A stretch of DNA of 35,734 bases, taken from IMG/VR virus record IMGVR_UViG_3300012952_000052, positions 1 to 35,734 of that record. One strand, given 5' to 3'. This DNA is from a virus. Its lineage: Duplodnaviria; Caudoviricetes. This document shows, one piece after another, positions 33,428 through 35,734 of this stretch (position 1 is the stretch's first letter; the number at the start of each line of letters is the position of its first letter). Position numbers and translations under genes: made by a program. The notes below the pieces were generated by a model. That model was not told the DNA's origin, made no database searches, and saw only the letters and a list, made by a program, of their open reading frames with translations.

Positions 33428-35734
33428 ATGAGTTATTCGACAGATAAATGGTTTCGCTATCTCAACGAGAATGTGAGACTAGACGAGGGGATTAGAGACA
33501 TAGGGCTCCCCGAAGAGATAATAGATCGTATTGAGAGTTCTTTGCACGATGCACCTGAGAATGCCAAGACGTGGTTAGGGCACATGTGGAAGAAAACATA
33601 TTTACATCAGTTTGTACGCCCTTCTAATAGAATGCAGAAGTTTCGCTTCGATACAATGGAGCCATTGCTATCGGCTCTTGACTATTGGACGGGCAGCGCA
33701 AAGGCTGACGATATAGACCCACCACTGCCTCCCGTGCAGTTTGAGAATATATTGAAAGAAGATGTGGAGTGGAGCGCAGAGAAAGCGGATCGAACCAAGC
33801 AGGTGCTTAAAAATGTCAATACAGCTATTAAAGATCAAGCCCTGGGCAAATGGCCCCGAGCTTTTAAGAGAGCGGCCAAGAATTTAAGCAAGCTAGGATT
33901 GAATAGCGAAACAGTGGAGTTTGTTCAAGAGGTGCTCGATAACGCACTCGCTGAAGCATGGAACCAGTTCCACAGCCGGTTCAGGGATGTGTTTGTGTAT
34001 TTGAATATGCATCCCGATAATATCAGGACTCTTTCTAATATTAAGACTATGGCGTCGGCCGACGAAAAAGCCGAAGCTGAATTACGCGAGCACGAAGACC
34101 CTGAACAGATTCTTCACACTTTTGACGATGGTTCATATTGGTATGACCTTGACACAACTTCATGCGATATGGAAGGGGAGCGAATGGGGCACTGCGGCGC
34201 TGGTCAAAGTGGTGGCACTCTCTATTCGCTGCGTAAGCCCGAAGGCAGACGGGGCAAGTCCAAGTCTTTCGTGACCCTTGAAATGGGCGACGGAAATATG
34301 GGCGAGACTCTCTTCCAAATTAAAGGACGCGGGAACAGCGTTCCCCCGGAAGAAACATGGCCCCACATTGAATGGTTTATTGATAACATGAACGTTCAAG
34401 CAATAGAGGAGCAGGGCGAGTATTCTGACGACCCCGAAGCCTTTCATGAGATGAACTTCTGGCTGGAAAGACGCACCCAGGTCAGCATCAGCGGCAATCG
34501 CGAGAGCCGAATAGAGGAACTACGAAGCGAATTAGAAAATGCCGATTATGAATTTCAAGGGATGGAGTTTTGTGAAGTCTTCTGGGAAATTGCAGATTAT
34601 GATGGGGACGGCAATGACATCTATGTAGATCTCGGCTCGTATTGTAGGTTAGAGATCAACTTGGGATGGCCAGCATTTGAACAGAGAGGCGAAGGCTACT
34701 TTGCTATGTCAGCCGAGGGCGTAACACTTGATAACATAGATTACATTCCCACAAAATATTCGGAAGTTAACAACTTTGAGTCCGAAGTGGGACTAGATGA
34801 TATATTGTCTCTTCTTCCCGGTGAGGACAAGGAGATTACATCAATAGAGGTCAAAATGATGGAGGGGGTTGATCCTACCTGGCGAGAAGGTGACCCAATT
34901 AAACAGATGCCTCAAACTGCTCATCTGATAGTCGACCTGAGACTGAGTGAAACGGTCGGCGAAGACGGAGCGGTGAGTGATTTCAACTACTTTGCAAGTG
35001 AAGTGCGAGATGAGTTTGAAGAAAAGTATGACCAACATGTGCGAGAGGTCCAAATGGAACTGGCTGATGGCGGATATATGTCTAAGAATGCTTATCTTAA
35101 CAACCGCGAAGACTTGCTAGCATTAGAGGGAGAACTAAAGCATTGGACCGTTGCCAGCTCTGCATCTGAAACTATATTCACGTTTCAGCACGAATCTGGT
35201 CACGGATCCGGCACTGCTACTTATTTCATTCCCACCGGCATTAGCCTTCCCACTGCGGCTCTTATTTATCTCGGAGATCAAGCCGGCGCCAATTATGAAG
35301 GTTTGGTGCGAGATATTTTCAAGGCGCGCAACCACAGACAGATTTCATCGCCTAGTCTCAATAAACAAATGGCTATGCACCTTGATGATGCGTATGTTAA
35401 AGCGCAACAAAAGAGCCGTGATGATAGTGGACAGACGGAGTTTGATTTTGGACCCGAGTATCAACCAGAAGATATTCTAGACCTTCCCGAAGACCTCAAT
35501 TTCGTAATCAATCCGAAAATCAGATACGAGCCGCGCGAACCTAACAGAGTACCCAGTGTTACTTTTGACATGTTCTTCCAAATAAAGATTAACTACAACG
35601 ACACCATCGATGAGATTGATAGTGCGTTAAACCTTGTGAAATATCTGAACGAAAATCCCGAGCTGGTTATTGAGGCTGGGAAGAGCATTGTTGCGATTGC
35701 CCTTGAGCCACTTGAAGACGAGGTGTCCAAGAAG
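33428..35734 (+). CDS. 3'-truncated large protein (at least 769 aa) with a PcfJ-like domain; missing from the ORF track
   Basis: Manual translation MSYSTDKWFRYLNE... stays open to the window end (...EDEVSKK). Contains EGERMGHC...LYSLR...FVTLE...QIKGRGNS; GGAG RBS. Confidence 0.85.
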   Translation, partial: MSYSTDKWFRYLNENVRLDEGIRDIGLPEEIIDRIESSLHDAPENAKTWLGHMWKKTYLHQFVRPSNRMQKFRFDTMEPLLSALDYWTGSAKADDIDPPLPPVQFENILKEDVEWSAEKADRTKQVLKNVNTAIKDQALGKWPRAFKRAAKNLSKLGLNSETVEFVQEVLDNALAEAWNQFHSRFRDVFVYLNMHPDNIRTLSNIKTMASADEKAEAELREHEDPEQILHTFDDGSYWYDLDTTSCDMEGERMGHCGAGQSGGTLYSLRKPEGRRGKSKSFVTLEMGDGNMGETLFQIKGRGNSVPPEETWPHIEWFIDNMNVQAIEEQGEYSDDPEAFHEMNFWLERRTQVSISGNRESRIEELRSELENADYEFQGMEFCEVFWEIADYDGDGNDIYVDLGSYCRLEINLGWPAFEQRGEGYFAMSAEGVTLDNIDYIPTKYSEVNNFESEVGLDDILSLLPGEDKEITSIEVKMMEGVDPTWREGDPIKQMPQTAHLIVDLRLSETVGEDGAVSDFNYFASEVRDEFEEKYDQHVREVQMELADGGYMSKNAYLNNREDLLALEGELKHWTVASSASETIFTFQHESGHGSGTATYFIPTGISLPTAALIYLGDQAGANYEGLVRDIFKARNHRQISSPSLNKQMAMHLDDAYVKAQQKSRDDSGQTEFDFGPEYQPEDILDLPEDLNFVINPKIRYEPREPNRVPSVTFDMFFQIKINYNDTIDEIDSALNLVKYLNENPELVIEAGKSIVAIALEPLEDEVSKK

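Noticed and set aside
280-35480. Many short minus-strand and alternate-frame ORFs in the track (e.g. 8746-9090, 20748-21185, 23060-23548, 34160-34447, 35151-35480)
   Set aside because: All overlap well-supported + strand genes and show no recognisable motifs; treated as shadow ORFs.
1-35734. CRISPR arrays, tRNAs, rRNA, IS elements, introns or inteins
   Set aside because: No spaced direct repeats, cloverleafs or transposase motifs were seen by eye. Intergenic gaps are under about 190 nt, and DnaE, DnaB, RecA and NrdJ have normal lengths.
1-35734. Bacterial chromosome origin, given dnaE, recA, groEL, clpP and a guaB-like gene
   Set aside because: The gp32-type SSB, gp41-like helicase, endolysin, hub-like gene, split groES/groEL, single-strand dense packing and many orphans indicate a phage.

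Overview
A 35.7-kb segment of a large, T4-like/jumbo-type dsDNA bacteriophage. About 39 tightly packed genes lie on the + strand, and the first and last run off the window edges. The segment carries a replication/repair module (minimal family-A polymerase, gp32-like SSB, RecA/UvsX, UvsE, 5'-3' exonuclease, DnaB/gp41 helicase, DnaE). It also carries nucleotide metabolism genes (class II NrdJ, IMPDH/GMPR), two intact adenine methyltransferases, an amidase endolysin, and a phage proteostasis set (GroEL, GroES, two ClpP, a J-domain protein, a thioredoxin-like protein). At least 11 sigma70-type promoters are visible, plus a separate ACTAWWTA motif in front of probable late/virion genes. The most unusual features are: (i) a thumb-deleted mini-PolA coupled to a tubulin/FtsZ-like protein lacking the GTPase signature; (ii) several full-length apparent pseudoenzymes (tubulin, Rossmann, nucleotidyltransferase, Dam) with their catalytic loops erased; (iii) a stand-alone Cys-rich sigma70 region-4 protein next to an RHH protein; (iv) a Ser-His-Asp plus Ser-His-Asn ClpP pair; and (v) an H-type pseudoknot just after the SSB gene. 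All calls come from motif recognition by eye; no searches were run.
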